This document shows positions 30,234 through 39,260 of a stretch of DNA of 53,311 nt, piece after piece. Source of the stretch: Terracidiphilus sp. (GTDB lineage: Bacteria; Acidobacteriota; Terriglobia; Terriglobales; Acidobacteriaceae); assembly GCA_050014135.1 (NCBI GenBank), contig JBEKDX010000001.1:1-53311 (forward strand), given 5' to 3'. Under the pieces are notes generated by a model that was not told the DNA's origin, searched no databases, and was given only the letters and a program-made list of their open reading frames with translations. Numbering within the stretch: position 1 is the first letter of the stretch; every line of letters begins with the position of its first letter. Both the position numbers and the translations under genes were made by a program.

Positions 30234-31487
30234 ATGAGAGAAACACTTGGAGTATTGCTTGCTGGCGGAGCTGGGGAAAGGCTCTTTCCGCTCACCCGGG
30301 ATCGCGCCAAACCGGCCGTGCCCTTTGGCGGGCACTATCGCATTATCGACATCACGCTCTCGAATTGCATCAACTCGGGCCTGCGCAGGGTCTTCATTCT
30401 TACGCAATACAAGGCACTCTCGCTCAACCGGCATATCCGCGAAGGGTGGACGGGGATTGTGGCGCAAGAACTGGGCGAGTTCTTCGAGCTGCTGCCGCCC
30501 ATGCAGCGCACCGGTTCAAACTGGTACATGGGGACCGCGGACGCGGTTTACCAGAATATCTACTCGATTGGCAGTGAGCAGCCCAAGCACATGATCATCC
30601 TCTCCGGCGATCACATCTACAAGATGGATTACAGCCGGATGCTGGAGTATCACAAGGAGAGCCATGCGGAGGTGACGCTGGCCACGCTGCCGGTTCCTCC
30701 CAGCGATGTCTCCCGCTTCGGTGTGGTCGAGGTCGGCAAGACGGGTGAGATTCTCGGCTTTCAGGAGAAGCCGGTGTCGACCAGCTTCCGCTCACCCTTC
30801 AATCCCAATGCAGTGGATGCCTCGATGGGCATTTACGTCTTCAATACCGAGACGCTGCTGAAGGCGCTAATCGCCGACGCCGAAGACCCGGCATCTAAAC
30901 ACGACTTCGGCCACGATATTCTGCCGAGTATGCTGGGCAAGAAGAAGATGATGGCCTACAGTTTTGTGGACGAGAACAAGCAGCAGGCGCTCTATTGGCG
31001 CGACGTGGGCACGCTGGACGCCTATTACGACGCCAACATGGACCTGTGCGCGGTTTCGCCGGTCTTCAACCTATACGACAAGAACTGGCCGATGCGCACC
31101 CGTATGCGCCAGTATCCCCCGGCTAAATTCGTCTTTGCCGAGCCGGGCCGCTCCGGCATGGCGGTGGATTCGGTGATCGCCTCGGGCGTGATCATCTCCG
31201 GCGCCACAGTCTCGAACTCCGTGGTCAGCGAGGATGTGCGCGTCAACTCCTATTCGAGCGTCGAGGCCAGCATCATCTTTTCCCACGTGAACATTGGCCG
31301 CCACTGCCGCATTCGTCGCGCCATCATCGACCGCCATGTCCACATTCCCGAGGGCACGGTGATCGGCTTTGACCCGGTCGAAGACAAGCGCCGCTACTTT
31401 GTCACGCCCTCGGGGCTAACCATCGTTACGCGGGACGCCTCGCTCTTCGAGAACCCCGTCGATCCGGAGTTTCAGCAGCGGTATTGA
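30234..31487 (+). CDS. glgC: Glucose-1-phosphate adenylyltransferase
   Basis: LAGGAGERLFPLTRDRAKPAVPFGG, WYMGTADAVYQN, LSGDHIYKMDY, FQEKP, ASMGIYVF, DFGHDI, YWRDVGT. Start moved to ATG 30234. Confidence 0.97.
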   Translation: MRETLGVLLAGGAGERLFPLTRDRAKPAVPFGGHYRIIDITLSNCINSGLRRVFILTQYKALSLNRHIREGWTGIVAQELGEFFELLPPMQRTGSNWYMGTADAVYQNIYSIGSEQPKHMIILSGDHIYKMDYSRMLEYHKESHAEVTLATLPVPPSDVSRFGVVEVGKTGEILGFQEKPVSTSFRSPFNPNAVDASMGIYVFNTETLLKALIADAEDPASKHDFGHDILPSMLGKKKMMAYSFVDENKQQALYWRDVGTLDAYYDANMDLCAVSPVFNLYDKNWPMRTRMRQYPPAKFVFAEPGRSGMAVDSVIASGVIISGATVSNSVVSEDVRVNSYSSVEASIIFSHVNIGRHCRIRRAIIDRHVHIPEGTVIGFDPVEDKRRYFVTPSGLTIVTRDASLFENPVDPEFQQRY

Positions 31488-31567
31488 GTACTTTTTCTTA
31501 TCAACAAGTGGTGGCCCCCGGTCTGGAATTTTGTACCCGGGATCGATCCACCTCAACCAGAATTGAA

Positions 31568-32380
31568 ATGAATACCCCTGAATCGGGACTCACGTTCGCG
31601 ATGAACGCCCTGCTGGCTCGCATCTGCAAGCTGGCCGAAGCCGCATGCTCTCCAAGCGAGTTGGAGAAGGTCATCGTCGCCGCCCTCGCCGCTGAACTCC
31701 CTCATTACAACTGGACCGGCTTCTACTGGCTAGACCCCAACGATCCGCAGTTGCTGGTGCTGGGCGCCTTCGCAGGTGAGCCGACTCCGCACGTGCGCAT
31801 TCCCGTCTCTGAAGGAATCTGCGGCGCGGCGGTTGCCGCGGGCGTAACAGTTGTCGTGGACGACGTAAGCGCCGACCCGCGCTATCTCTCCTGTTCGATC
31901 CGGACAAAATCGGAGATTGTCGTTCCTATCTACGCGCAGGGCGAAGTCGTTGGCGAGATCGACATTGACAGCCACTCGCCAGCCGCCTTCACGGAGATCG
32001 ACCGCGCATTTCTCGAAGAGGTCGCGCGCATTGTTGGAAGCTACATAGAGGGTCGTGTTGAGGGATCGCACATCGAGGAAGCAGATTCGATTGACTACTC
32101 GAAGAGCGTGGCCAGCAAAGCCAGCACCTCATCCAGGATCGCTGCTGGAACACTCTCCAGCTTTCTTGCGTTGCGCACTCCGAGGTCCACGGGACGCGGC
32201 TGGTCGCAGCGTACCACGCCGGTAGTTCGTGTTCCCGCACCCGTCAATGAAACTGTGAACCCGGCGACGCGGGCGAAATTCCCTCCCGCGGTGATGGGCA
32301 CTACGATCGGAGCGCGGGTGAGCGTGTTGAATCCGTCCGGGGAAACTACCAGGACCGGACGAGTGCCTTGTTGCTCGTGA
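31568..32380 (+). CDS. GAF domain protein, free methionine-R-sulfoxide reductase-like, with a read-through C-terminal tail
   Basis: NWTGFY, RIPVSEGICG, DDVSADPRYLSC, SEIVVPI, GEIDIDS. The domain ends near 32050 but there is no stop until 32380. Confidence 0.8.
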   Translation: MNTPESGLTFAMNALLARICKLAEAACSPSELEKVIVAALAAELPHYNWTGFYWLDPNDPQLLVLGAFAGEPTPHVRIPVSEGICGAAVAAGVTVVVDDVSADPRYLSCSIRTKSEIVVPIYAQGEVVGEIDIDSHSPAAFTEIDRAFLEEVARIVGSYIEGRVEGSHIEEADSIDYSKSVASKASTSSRIAAGTLSSFLALRTPRSTGRGWSQRTTPVVRVPAPVNETVNPATRAKFPPAVMGTTIGARVSVLNPSGETTRTGRVPCCS

Positions 32381-32427
32381 CCAAAGCTGGGGTCTTGCGA
32401 GACCAGGTAGATATCGCCGCGCTTCAT
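32095..32427 (-). CDS. pemK: Type II TA toxin, PemK/MazF family endoribonuclease
   Basis: MKRGDIYLVSQDPSFGHEQQGTRPVLVVS, VVPIT, GVVRCDQPR. Confidence 0.93.
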   Translation of the reverse strand: MKRGDIYLVSQDPSFGHEQQGTRPVLVVSPDGFNTLTRAPIVVPITAGGNFARVAGFTVSLTGAGTRTTGVVRCDQPRPVDLGVRNARKLESVPAAILDEVLALLATLFE

Positions 32428-32687
32428 AGCTCACGTCCTACCGGCGGAAGATTGATCCAGAGACGGTCTTCCTCGGACATTTCCTCATCCGCACACGCAG
32501 GATCGCATTTGGCCAGCAGCTCTTCCAGCGTATAGCGGGGCTTGGGTCGGGTTTGCACCACAAGCCGCTCGCCGTCCACGGCCAGAGCCACCGTGGCTCC
32601 CACCTGGAGGTGAAGCTGGTCCAAAAGAACGGGAGGAACAGCCAGCATGACCGATCCTCCGACTTTGCGCAGATTGGTGGTGTACAT
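32424..32687 (-). CDS. pemI: Type II TA antitoxin, PemI/MazE (AbrB fold)
   Basis: LRKVGGSVMLAVPP, RYTLEELLAKCD, C-terminal PPVGREL. 4-nt overlap with the toxin. Confidence 0.92.
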   Translation of the reverse strand: MYTTNLRKVGGSVMLAVPPVLLDQLHLQVGATVALAVDGERLVVQTRPKPRYTLEELLAKCDPACADEEMSEEDRLWINLPPVGREL

Positions 32688-32705
32688 GACGTAACCTCTA
32701 ATTGA

Positions 32706-32725
32706 TATTATATCAAAATATAATA
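32706..32725. promoter_or_regulatory. Palindromic operator upstream of pemIK
   Basis: TATTATAT-caaa-ATATAATA inverted repeat just upstream of the antitoxin start; typical of autorepressed pem/kis-kid promoters. Confidence 0.7.
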
Positions 32726-32757
32726 GACATATTTCTCGGCATCAGCGATTGCAGAGT

Positions 32758-32783
32758 GGAACTACCCTGGCAAATCCTGCGTA
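32758..32783 (+). promoter_or_regulatory. Putative ECF-sigma promoter (autoregulatory)
   Basis: GGAACT-N16-CGTA, ending 10 nt before the sigma ATG; matches the general ECF AAC...CGT pattern. Confidence 0.7.
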
Positions 32784-32793
32784 CTAGCCAACT

Positions 32794-33651
32794 ATGCAAT
32801 GCGTGGGTACATTAAGCTGGAGCGGGATGGGGTTTTCGACGAACCAGCCTAGCGGCAAGAACCAGTCGCTGGGGGCCTCGGGCAAGCACCCCAGCGACCA
32901 AGACCTGTCGCCGGGAACCCAGGCCAAGCCGTTGCAAAGCGACCTGGAACTCCGGACGCACGACGCCGGCGTTTCCGCTCCGCGCAGGCTTCCTGCAGGC
33001 GAAGAGTTTGTGCCCGTAGCCCGTCCTGTGCGCGGGGAGGCAGCACCGTTGGAGATCGAAAGCTCCATAGACTGGACTCGCGTTGTGCGCCGCTGCATGG
33101 ACGGAGACTCCGCCGCGTGGGCTGAGCTGGTCCGTGCGCAGCACCGGCGCGTCTATGGGCTGTGTTATCGCTTTACCGGCAACCCGGCTGACGCCGAGGA
33201 CCTGACCCAAGACGTTTTTCTGAAGATTTACTCGAATCTGGCCAGCTTTGACATGGGGCGCGGCAGCTTGCAAGTGTGGATCGCCACGATGACGCGCAAC
33301 CTGCTGGTGGACAACTTCCGGCGAACGAAAAACCAGCGGGCGACTTCTTCGCTGGACGACGGCTGGGAGTCGGCGGAAGACCTGAAGCCGATTGACCGGC
33401 TGACGGCCAGCAGCCTCTCGCCGCACGAGTCGGCGGCCAACAACGAACTGGCAAAGATGGTGCAGGAGGCACTGGCGCGCGTCTCGGTGGACCTGCGCGA
33501 GGCCGTGATTTTGCGAGACCTGCAGGATATGGACTACAAGGAGATCGCCCAAGTGCTGGGCATACCCGAGGGGACGGTCAAGTCCCGCATCAGCAGAGGC
33601 CGCGCGGAACTGGCGCGACTGCTGGAACGTAGTAAAACGGAGGTAATGTAA
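32794..33651 (+). CDS. ECF sigma-70 factor with extended N-terminus
   Basis: DAEDLTQDVFLKIY (region 2); YKEIAQVLGIPEGTVKSRISRGR (region 4). Confidence 0.95.
   Translation: MQCVGTLSWSGMGFSTNQPSGKNQSLGASGKHPSDQDLSPGTQAKPLQSDLELRTHDAGVSAPRRLPAGEEFVPVARPVRGEAAPLEIESSIDWTRVVRRCMDGDSAAWAELVRAQHRRVYGLCYRFTGNPADAEDLTQDVFLKIYSNLASFDMGRGSLQVWIATMTRNLLVDNFRRTKNQRATSSLDDGWESAEDLKPIDRLTASSLSPHESAANNELAKMVQEALARVSVDLREAVILRDLQDMDYKEIAQVLGIPEGTVKSRISRGRAELARLLERSKTEVM
32845..32922. mobile_element. Two tandem family C palindrome copies in frame in the ECF sigma N-terminus
   Basis: 32845-32880 (QPSGKNQSLGAS) and 32887-32922 (HPSDQDLSPGTQ), 42-nt period; related to the intergenic copy at 29962-29996. Confidence 0.68.
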
Positions 33652-34505
33652 TGGCAGAGCGCAATTTCAATCCGAGCTCCACGGCCTGCGGGCAGTGGGA
33701 GAGACTTTTGGCGGAGGCGCTGGACGGGCTTATGCGGCCCGAGGACGAGGTGGTCTTTACGGACCACATGGCTCATTGCCCGGTATGCGCGAAGATGTTC
33801 GAGGAGGCGCGCAAAGGATGCGAATGGCTGGAGTTCCTCTCGCCAGACCCTGAGATCCCGGACGGTCTGGTGGAGAGAATTCTGGCGCAGACCGGTCCGG
33901 GGCACGCGGCAGGCTACGGCTTGGCAGGGCAAGGCGCTGATCTTGTCCCCATGCCGCCTCTATCGATTCCGGTATGGCAACCAGGTTTCATGGCCAGCAT
34001 TCGCCGCTTTGCCGAGCCGCGGCTGATGATGACCGCGGCAATGGCCTTCTTTTCCATCGGGTTGACGCTCAACCTGACCGGAGTTCACCTAGACACTTTG
34101 CAACTCGGCGACTTGCGGCCAAGCGCATTGCGCGCGGTTCCCGGCCAGGCGCGTTCTTTCCTGGAGCGGCGTCTGACGATGGCTTCGACGCCGATCGTCC
34201 GCTACTACGATCACTCGCGTCTGGCGTACGAGGTGCAGATCGGGATGCGCGAGCTGCGCCGGTCAACCCAGGGTTTGAACGACGACTATCGGCGCAAGAT
34301 GCAAGAACAAGCTCCCGGCGAGTCGCGACAGGCCCCCGAGCGCAGGCCGGCGGAATCGCCCCAGCAATCAGCTACTCCGGCTGTTGAACCAACTCTCGGC
34401 GATGGTAATTTTATGGTTTCTTCCCGAATGATTCAGAACCAGCCCGCGCTCTCAGGCGGCGCCCGCGAGCAAGTGCGGGAAAGGAGCACAGTATGGACTG
34501 CGTAA
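33651..34505 (+). CDS. Zinc-finger (zf-HC2/ZAS) membrane anti-sigma factor
   Basis: HMAHCPVC (HxxxCxxC), TM segment MTAAMAFFSIGLTL. TAATG coupling to the sigma gene. Confidence 0.88.
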   Translation: MAERNFNPSSTACGQWERLLAEALDGLMRPEDEVVFTDHMAHCPVCAKMFEEARKGCEWLEFLSPDPEIPDGLVERILAQTGPGHAAGYGLAGQGADLVPMPPLSIPVWQPGFMASIRRFAEPRLMMTAAMAFFSIGLTLNLTGVHLDTLQLGDLRPSALRAVPGQARSFLERRLTMASTPIVRYYDHSRLAYEVQIGMRELRRSTQGLNDDYRRKMQEQAPGESRQAPERRPAESPQQSATPAVEPTLGDGNFMVSSRMIQNQPALSGGAREQVRERSTVWTA

Positions 34506-35290
34506 ATCACAGTGGTGTCGTTGCGGTCTATTATTGCCAGAACTGTGGCAAGCCGCTCTGCCTGGAATGCGTTGTCAAAGGCGCTTTGGGGCATGGCGCC
34601 ATTGGGCAGGTTTTCTGCAGAGAGTGCGCCACGGCCTGGCAGCAACACTATCAGGCCCAGGTTCCGCCGCCTTTTGTAGCGCCTCCCCCCAGCGGACCCA
34701 ACCCCAAGGCTGCCGCCGTGCTAGGATTGATTCCCGGCGTGGGGGCGATGTACAACGGCCAGTTTTTCAAAGGCTTCATCCACGTGATCGTCTTTGCGGT
34801 GTTGATCAGCATTACCGACCATTATCCGATCTTCGGCCTCTTCATCGCCGCGTGGATCTTCTACCAGTCGTTTGAGGCCTTCCACACCGCCAAGGCGTTG
34901 CGCGACGGCCAGCCTGTGCCAGATCCCTTCGGGCTGAATGAGCTGGGCGGCTGGCTTAACTTGGGTATGCGGCAACATTATCCGCCCCAACCCGGCGCAG
35001 CACAAGCCGCCGGCTATCCGCCGCAGGATGCGGGGCAACCGCCTCCTCCTAATCAGGCTCCGTACCAGCAAATTCCGTACGCGCCTTCGCCGATGCCGCC
35101 GCTGTGCTGGCGTCGGGGGGAGCCAGTTGGAGCCATCGTTCTGATAGGTTTGGGGTTGTTGTTTTTGCTTGGTCAGTTGGATGTTTTTCATGGCCGTTTG
35201 TGGGAGTTTTTCTGGCCGCTCGGGCTGATTGCGCTGGGCGTTTGGCTGATCGTTCGCCGTTATGAAGAGTCGCAAGGAGGTACCAAATGA
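34493..35290 (+). CDS. B-box-like zinc finger membrane protein with a LiaF/DUF5668-like TM hairpin
   Basis: CVNH...CQNCGKPLCLEC...CREC; LIPGVGAMYNGQ; Pro/Gln linker; GAIVLIGLGLLFLL...WPLGLIALG. Confidence 0.8.
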   Translation: MDCVNHSGVVAVYYCQNCGKPLCLECVVKGALGHGAIGQVFCRECATAWQQHYQAQVPPPFVAPPPSGPNPKAAAVLGLIPGVGAMYNGQFFKGFIHVIVFAVLISITDHYPIFGLFIAAWIFYQSFEAFHTAKALRDGQPVPDPFGLNELGGWLNLGMRQHYPPQPGAAQAAGYPPQDAGQPPPPNQAPYQQIPYAPSPMPPLCWRRGEPVGAIVLIGLGLLFLLGQLDVFHGRLWEFFWPLGLIALGVWLIVRRYEESQGGTK

Positions 35291-35622
35291 GCCGTTACAT
35301 GATGATTCACCGTCTGCGTTTTCCGGCGGTTTTGCTGCTGATCGGAGTGATTGCACTGCTCTATAAGACGGGCCTGATTGACCACCCTGTCTCGTGGTGC
35401 ATTTCGCTGATACTGATTCTGGTTGGCATATTGATGCTGGCTGAGCGCGCGGTGCTGGCCTCCGACGGCGGCTATCCGCCTTTTCCCGGCTCACCCTCCG
35501 CGGGCGCGTCCGATTTCAGAGCGACAGCCCACATTCCAACGTATCCGGGCCAGCCGGAGGCCTACATTCCTCCGGCCCATCAAGCGGAGTCCGATAAGAA
35601 CTCCGAGGGAGGACAGCAATGA
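35287..35622 (+). CDS. Small membrane protein (DUF5668-like)
   Basis: Two hydrophobic segments; ATGA overlaps on both sides. Confidence 0.72.
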   Translation: MSRYMMIHRLRFPAVLLLIGVIALLYKTGLIDHPVSWCISLILILVGILMLAERAVLASDGGYPPFPGSPSAGASDFRATAHIPTYPGQPEAYIPPAHQAESDKNSEGGQQ

Positions 35623-37244
35623 GCACCACACCACCCAATATGCCTCCAAACGTTCCGCCACCCTACCCGCCGTACGATCACAAGTCGCAGTGGCGGATCT
35701 ACCGGGAGCAGCAAAAAGCCGCGTGGCGCGCGCAGCGCGATGCGTGGAAGGCCCAACAGCGCGCCATGAAGGCCAACTACACCGGCATTTACGGTCCGCG
35801 CGTTCCGTCGGTCGTCGGCCCTGTCGTTCTGATCGGCGTCGGCATAGTCGCTTTGCTATTGATGACAGGGCGCATCAACGCCGTTCAGTTCTGGAGCTGG
35901 TATGGCCACTGGTGGCCGCTGTTGTTGATCGGCGCCGGCCTGGCACTGCTGGGCGAGTGGGCGCTGGACATGAAGCGCGGAGTTCCGGTGCGCCGTGGCG
36001 GCAGCTTCATCGGCCTGCTCATCGTGCTGGCAATCGTAGGCAGTGGCGCCGCAGGATGGGATCATGCCCGGCCATGGTTTTCGCAGTGGGGCGACCACGA
36101 CAATGATTTCTTCAACTCCTTCGGTCTTCCCGAGCATGAATTCGATCAGCCGCTGTTGAATGCGCAGATTCCCGCTAATGCCGCCATCGAGATCGACAAT
36201 CCCCGTGGCGACGTGAGCGTGACGGCGGGCGATGGCTCGGCAATCAGCGTGCAGGGGCACGAAGTGGCTTACGCCAGCTCGGACACCGATGCTAAAAAGA
36301 TTTTCGACACCGAAGCCGCGCATCTTAAGGTCAGCGGCAGCGCCGTGCTAATCAACTCCGAGCAAAACTCGAGCGGGCGGCTGAACCTGACTGTGACCGT
36401 GCCCAAAAACGCCCACGTGACCATCAACTCGATCAAGGGCGATGTGACTGCGGCGGGACTCAGCGCCGGCATCAATATCGCCGCGCGGGGCGATGTTCAC
36501 CTCAGTGCAATTGCCGGTTCGGTCGAGGCGCGCTTTAGTGACGGCGATCACGACTTTTCCGCGCATGACGTGCAGGGCGACCTGACCGCCGACGGCAACT
36601 TGAATGACATCACCCTCTCCGAGGTGAAAGGCAAGGTCACGCAGAACGGCGAAATCCGCGGCGATGTGCATATGGAGAGCGTTCGCGGGCCGGTGCATCT
36701 GCACACCTCGGTCACCGATCTGGAAGTGGCGGAGCTGCCCGGCGATCTGACCCTCAACTCCGATGACCTGCACGTCAACCAGGCCAAGGGGCAGGTGCGC
36801 GTGGTGACGCACTCCGAGGACATCGACCTGAGCCAGATCTACGGCGACACCTACGTGGAAACCCGCGATGGCCGCATAACCATTGAGCTGGCCGGTAATT
36901 ATGCGGTGGACGCGAAGAACAGCAAAGGCGACGTCGAGTTGACGCTGCCGCCCAATGCCTCGGCCAACGTGGACGTGCGCACCCGCAACGGCGACATCGT
37001 CTCTGATTTCGCATCCCCTTCATTTGAAGGAGGTGAGAACAAGGCAGCCACCTTCCGCATAGGCCCCGGCGGACCGAAGATCGTGCTCAGCGCCGAAAAC
37101 GGCGATGTGCATATCAAGAAAGGCACGGGCTTCCCACCCGCGCCATCAATCGAGTCACCGGCCGCTCCCAAGGCTCCAGAGGTAAACGGCGCGCCCCACT
37201 TGAAGGCTCCCAAGGCGCTGCCGGCCAAACCGGTGACGCAATAG
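35619..37244 (+). CDS. Membrane-anchored DUF4097/adhesin-like beta-repeat protein
   Basis: GPVVLIGVG...WWPLLLI TM module, then repeated xGDVx beta units (NPRGDVSV, SIKGDVT, NSKGDVEL, TRNGDIV, AENGDVHI). Confidence 0.85.
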   Translation: MSTTPPNMPPNVPPPYPPYDHKSQWRIYREQQKAAWRAQRDAWKAQQRAMKANYTGIYGPRVPSVVGPVVLIGVGIVALLLMTGRINAVQFWSWYGHWWPLLLIGAGLALLGEWALDMKRGVPVRRGGSFIGLLIVLAIVGSGAAGWDHARPWFSQWGDHDNDFFNSFGLPEHEFDQPLLNAQIPANAAIEIDNPRGDVSVTAGDGSAISVQGHEVAYASSDTDAKKIFDTEAAHLKVSGSAVLINSEQNSSGRLNLTVTVPKNAHVTINSIKGDVTAAGLSAGINIAARGDVHLSAIAGSVEARFSDGDHDFSAHDVQGDLTADGNLNDITLSEVKGKVTQNGEIRGDVHMESVRGPVHLHTSVTDLEVAELPGDLTLNSDDLHVNQAKGQVRVVTHSEDIDLSQIYGDTYVETRDGRITIELAGNYAVDAKNSKGDVELTLPPNASANVDVRTRNGDIVSDFASPSFEGGENKAATFRIGPGGPKIVLSAENGDVHIKKGTGFPPAPSIESPAAPKAPEVNGAPHLKAPKALPAKPVTQ

Positions 37245-37263
37245 CAGTTTGCTGCCACTGACC

Positions 37264-37309
37264 CCGTGCCCCATTCTTTCTGCATTTTCTGCGTAAAGGG
37301 TGGGGCACG
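37264..37309. repeat. Family B palindromic element
   Basis: cgtgccccattctttctgc...gcgtaaagggtggggcacg hairpin; shares the ..GGGGCAC end with 13104-13186 and 44724-44770. Confidence 0.72.
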
Positions 37310-37358
37310 AAAAACCGAACCCGCGAAAACCGTGAAAATGTATCCATGATCCGCCCTA

Positions 37359-37384
37359 AAGAGTGTGGTTCTTTCCACACCCTT
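37359..37384. repeat. Hairpin resembling family A palindromes
   Basis: aagagtgtgg-ttcttt-ccacaccctt, same architecture as 27550-27575. Confidence 0.55.
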
Positions 37385-37410
37385 GCCCGCATTCCGGGAG
37401 GAGTAAAAAA

Positions 37411-38622
37411 TTAAACCGCGATCCGCCGCACGCGCGACCCGATGCGGGTGAAGACCTCCCAGGGAATCGTACCTGACGCCTCGGCGTGCTCGAAGGCGGT
37501 GATGGTTTCAGAGCCTTGACTTCCCAGGATCACAACCTCGTCGCCCGGCTCGACTCCGGATATCTCCGTCACGTCCACCACGGCGATGTCCATGCTGACG
37601 CGGCCCACCAAGGGGGCGCGCGCGCCGCGAACCAGCAGGCTGAAGCGATTGCCGAGATGGCGGTCGAGTCCGTCGGCGTAGCCCGCTGCCACCAGCGCCA
37701 AGCGCATCGGCTCGGTGGCCACAAAGGTTCCGTTGTAGCCCACCACGGCTCCGGCGGGAATCGAGCGCAGGCTCACCACACGCGTCTTCCATTCGAGCAC
37801 CGGCTGCAAGCTGGCACGCGCATCCGTCAGCGAGGCAGGCTCCACGGGATTGAACTGAGGATCGAACTCCGGAATCACACCATAGAGCGCGAGACCCGGC
37901 CGCAGCAGCGCCTTCATGCCATGGCGCGCGGCGAGAGCTGCGATTCTCTGGCCGAGTCCGGCAAGCAGCGCGGCAGAGGCGCCTACGCTGAGCCACTCCG
38001 GATAAACTCCGGCAGTCTCGACCCTTTCCAGCGCCACGTTGAGCCGGCTGAGCTGCTCCTCGGTTATCCTGCCGTCCGCCTCGTCCGAGGCAAAGAGGTG
38101 CGTCATCACGCCCTCCAGCCGCAGCGGAGAACCCGGCGCAAAGCGCGCCAGCAGCGGCGCAAGCCCTCCCAGACTTGCCCCTTGGCGGCTCATACCAGTG
38201 TCAATCTCTAAATGAACGGCTATAGAGCTGCCCGCCCTGCGCGCCGCTGCTTCCAACTCGTCCAACTGCCATGGCTCCCAGGCCACGACAGTCAGCCGGT
38301 GCTCGACTACTGCTGCTCCCTCGCCGGGAAATGCGCCACAAAAGATCAGCACCTGCGACTCCGGACACAACGCGCGCGCGGCCACGCCCTCTTCGACGCT
38401 GGCCACGCCCAGCCATCGTGCCCCTCCGCGCACCACTGCAGGCGCGCACAGTTGCAACGAGTGGCCATAGGCGTCGGCCTTGACGACGGCCAGCAACTCC
38501 GCGTAAGGAGCGGCCACCTGCGCCTGCGGCGTGGCAAGTGAAGTGAGAAAGCGGAAGTTGTTTTCCAGAAATCGGGTGTGAATCTCAGCCCAGCATTGGC
38601 GTGTTGGCATCAGGTTTTCCAA
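37411..38622 (-). CDS. alr: Alanine racemase
   Basis: AVVKADAYGH (PLP lysine), IDTGMSRQG, MTHL, RPGLALYG, VGYNGT, GYADG, GRVSMD. Confidence 0.96.
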   Translation of the reverse strand: MENLMPTRQCWAEIHTRFLENNFRFLTSLATPQAQVAAPYAELLAVVKADAYGHSLQLCAPAVVRGGARWLGVASVEEGVAARALCPESQVLIFCGAFPGEGAAVVEHRLTVVAWEPWQLDELEAAARRAGSSIAVHLEIDTGMSRQGASLGGLAPLLARFAPGSPLRLEGVMTHLFASDEADGRITEEQLSRLNVALERVETAGVYPEWLSVGASAALLAGLGQRIAALAARHGMKALLRPGLALYGVIPEFDPQFNPVEPASLTDARASLQPVLEWKTRVVSLRSIPAGAVVGYNGTFVATEPMRLALVAAGYADGLDRHLGNRFSLLVRGARAPLVGRVSMDIAVVDVTEISGVEPGDEVVILGSQGSETITAFEHAEASGTIPWEVFTRIGSRVRRIAV

Positions 38623-38660
38623 ACCTTAGTTTAGCTCTCACCCAGCCAGCGAAGAGAAAC

Positions 38661-39260
38661 TCAACCCGTAGCGAGCAGCGCAAAGGCTACCACGGTCTCA
38701 GCCTTCTGCGGAATCTCCTCGAGCAGTTCCGATTCGAGATCGTAGGGGACCGTCATCTCGCAAGCAGCCACTTCGTCAGTGCTGGCACCAGTGAAGCAGA
38801 GTTCGCAGTGGCCCAGCGCATCGCCTGCTCCCATGCGGACAGGAGGGCCGAAGACTCGGCAAGTCATTGGCCGCCAGGCGTATACATCGCAAAGGCCGGT
38901 TTCGGTGTCGAGCGCGGGGCAGGCCGCTTCATTGGCAAAGTCCTCGAAACGCTCCTTTTCCTCTTTGGAGACACCCAATAGGCCGGTCTCGGCATCGCCG
39001 GGAAAACTGCCTCCAAATTCGACCACCCACATCTCCGCGCGGTGCTCAATCTCCGAAGCCCGATCCGGCTCGGTGGCCCGCAGCGTGTTCATGCCGGCGT
39101 GCAACCGCAGCGCGTCCAGCGGATTAAGGGCGAAGGCGCCGTGGCAACATTGCGTACAGCCTTGCCGGCATACCAGCCGCTCTCCGGATTGCTGCGTCGC
39201 ACCGGCAAACGCACTATCCATAACCTGAATCAGTAAAGAATCGCCGCTGGGCAAACGCAT
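38661..39260 (-). CDS. YkgJ-family cysteine-cluster protein
   Basis: CRQGCTQCC, CPALD...CDVYAWRPMTCRVFG, CELC. Confidence 0.88.
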   Translation of the reverse strand: MRLPSGDSLLIQVMDSAFAGATQQSGERLVCRQGCTQCCHGAFALNPLDALRLHAGMNTLRATEPDRASEIEHRAEMWVVEFGGSFPGDAETGLLGVSKEEKERFEDFANEAACPALDTETGLCDVYAWRPMTCRVFGPPVRMGAGDALGHCELCFTGASTDEVAACEMTVPYDLESELLEEIPQKAETVVAFALLATG

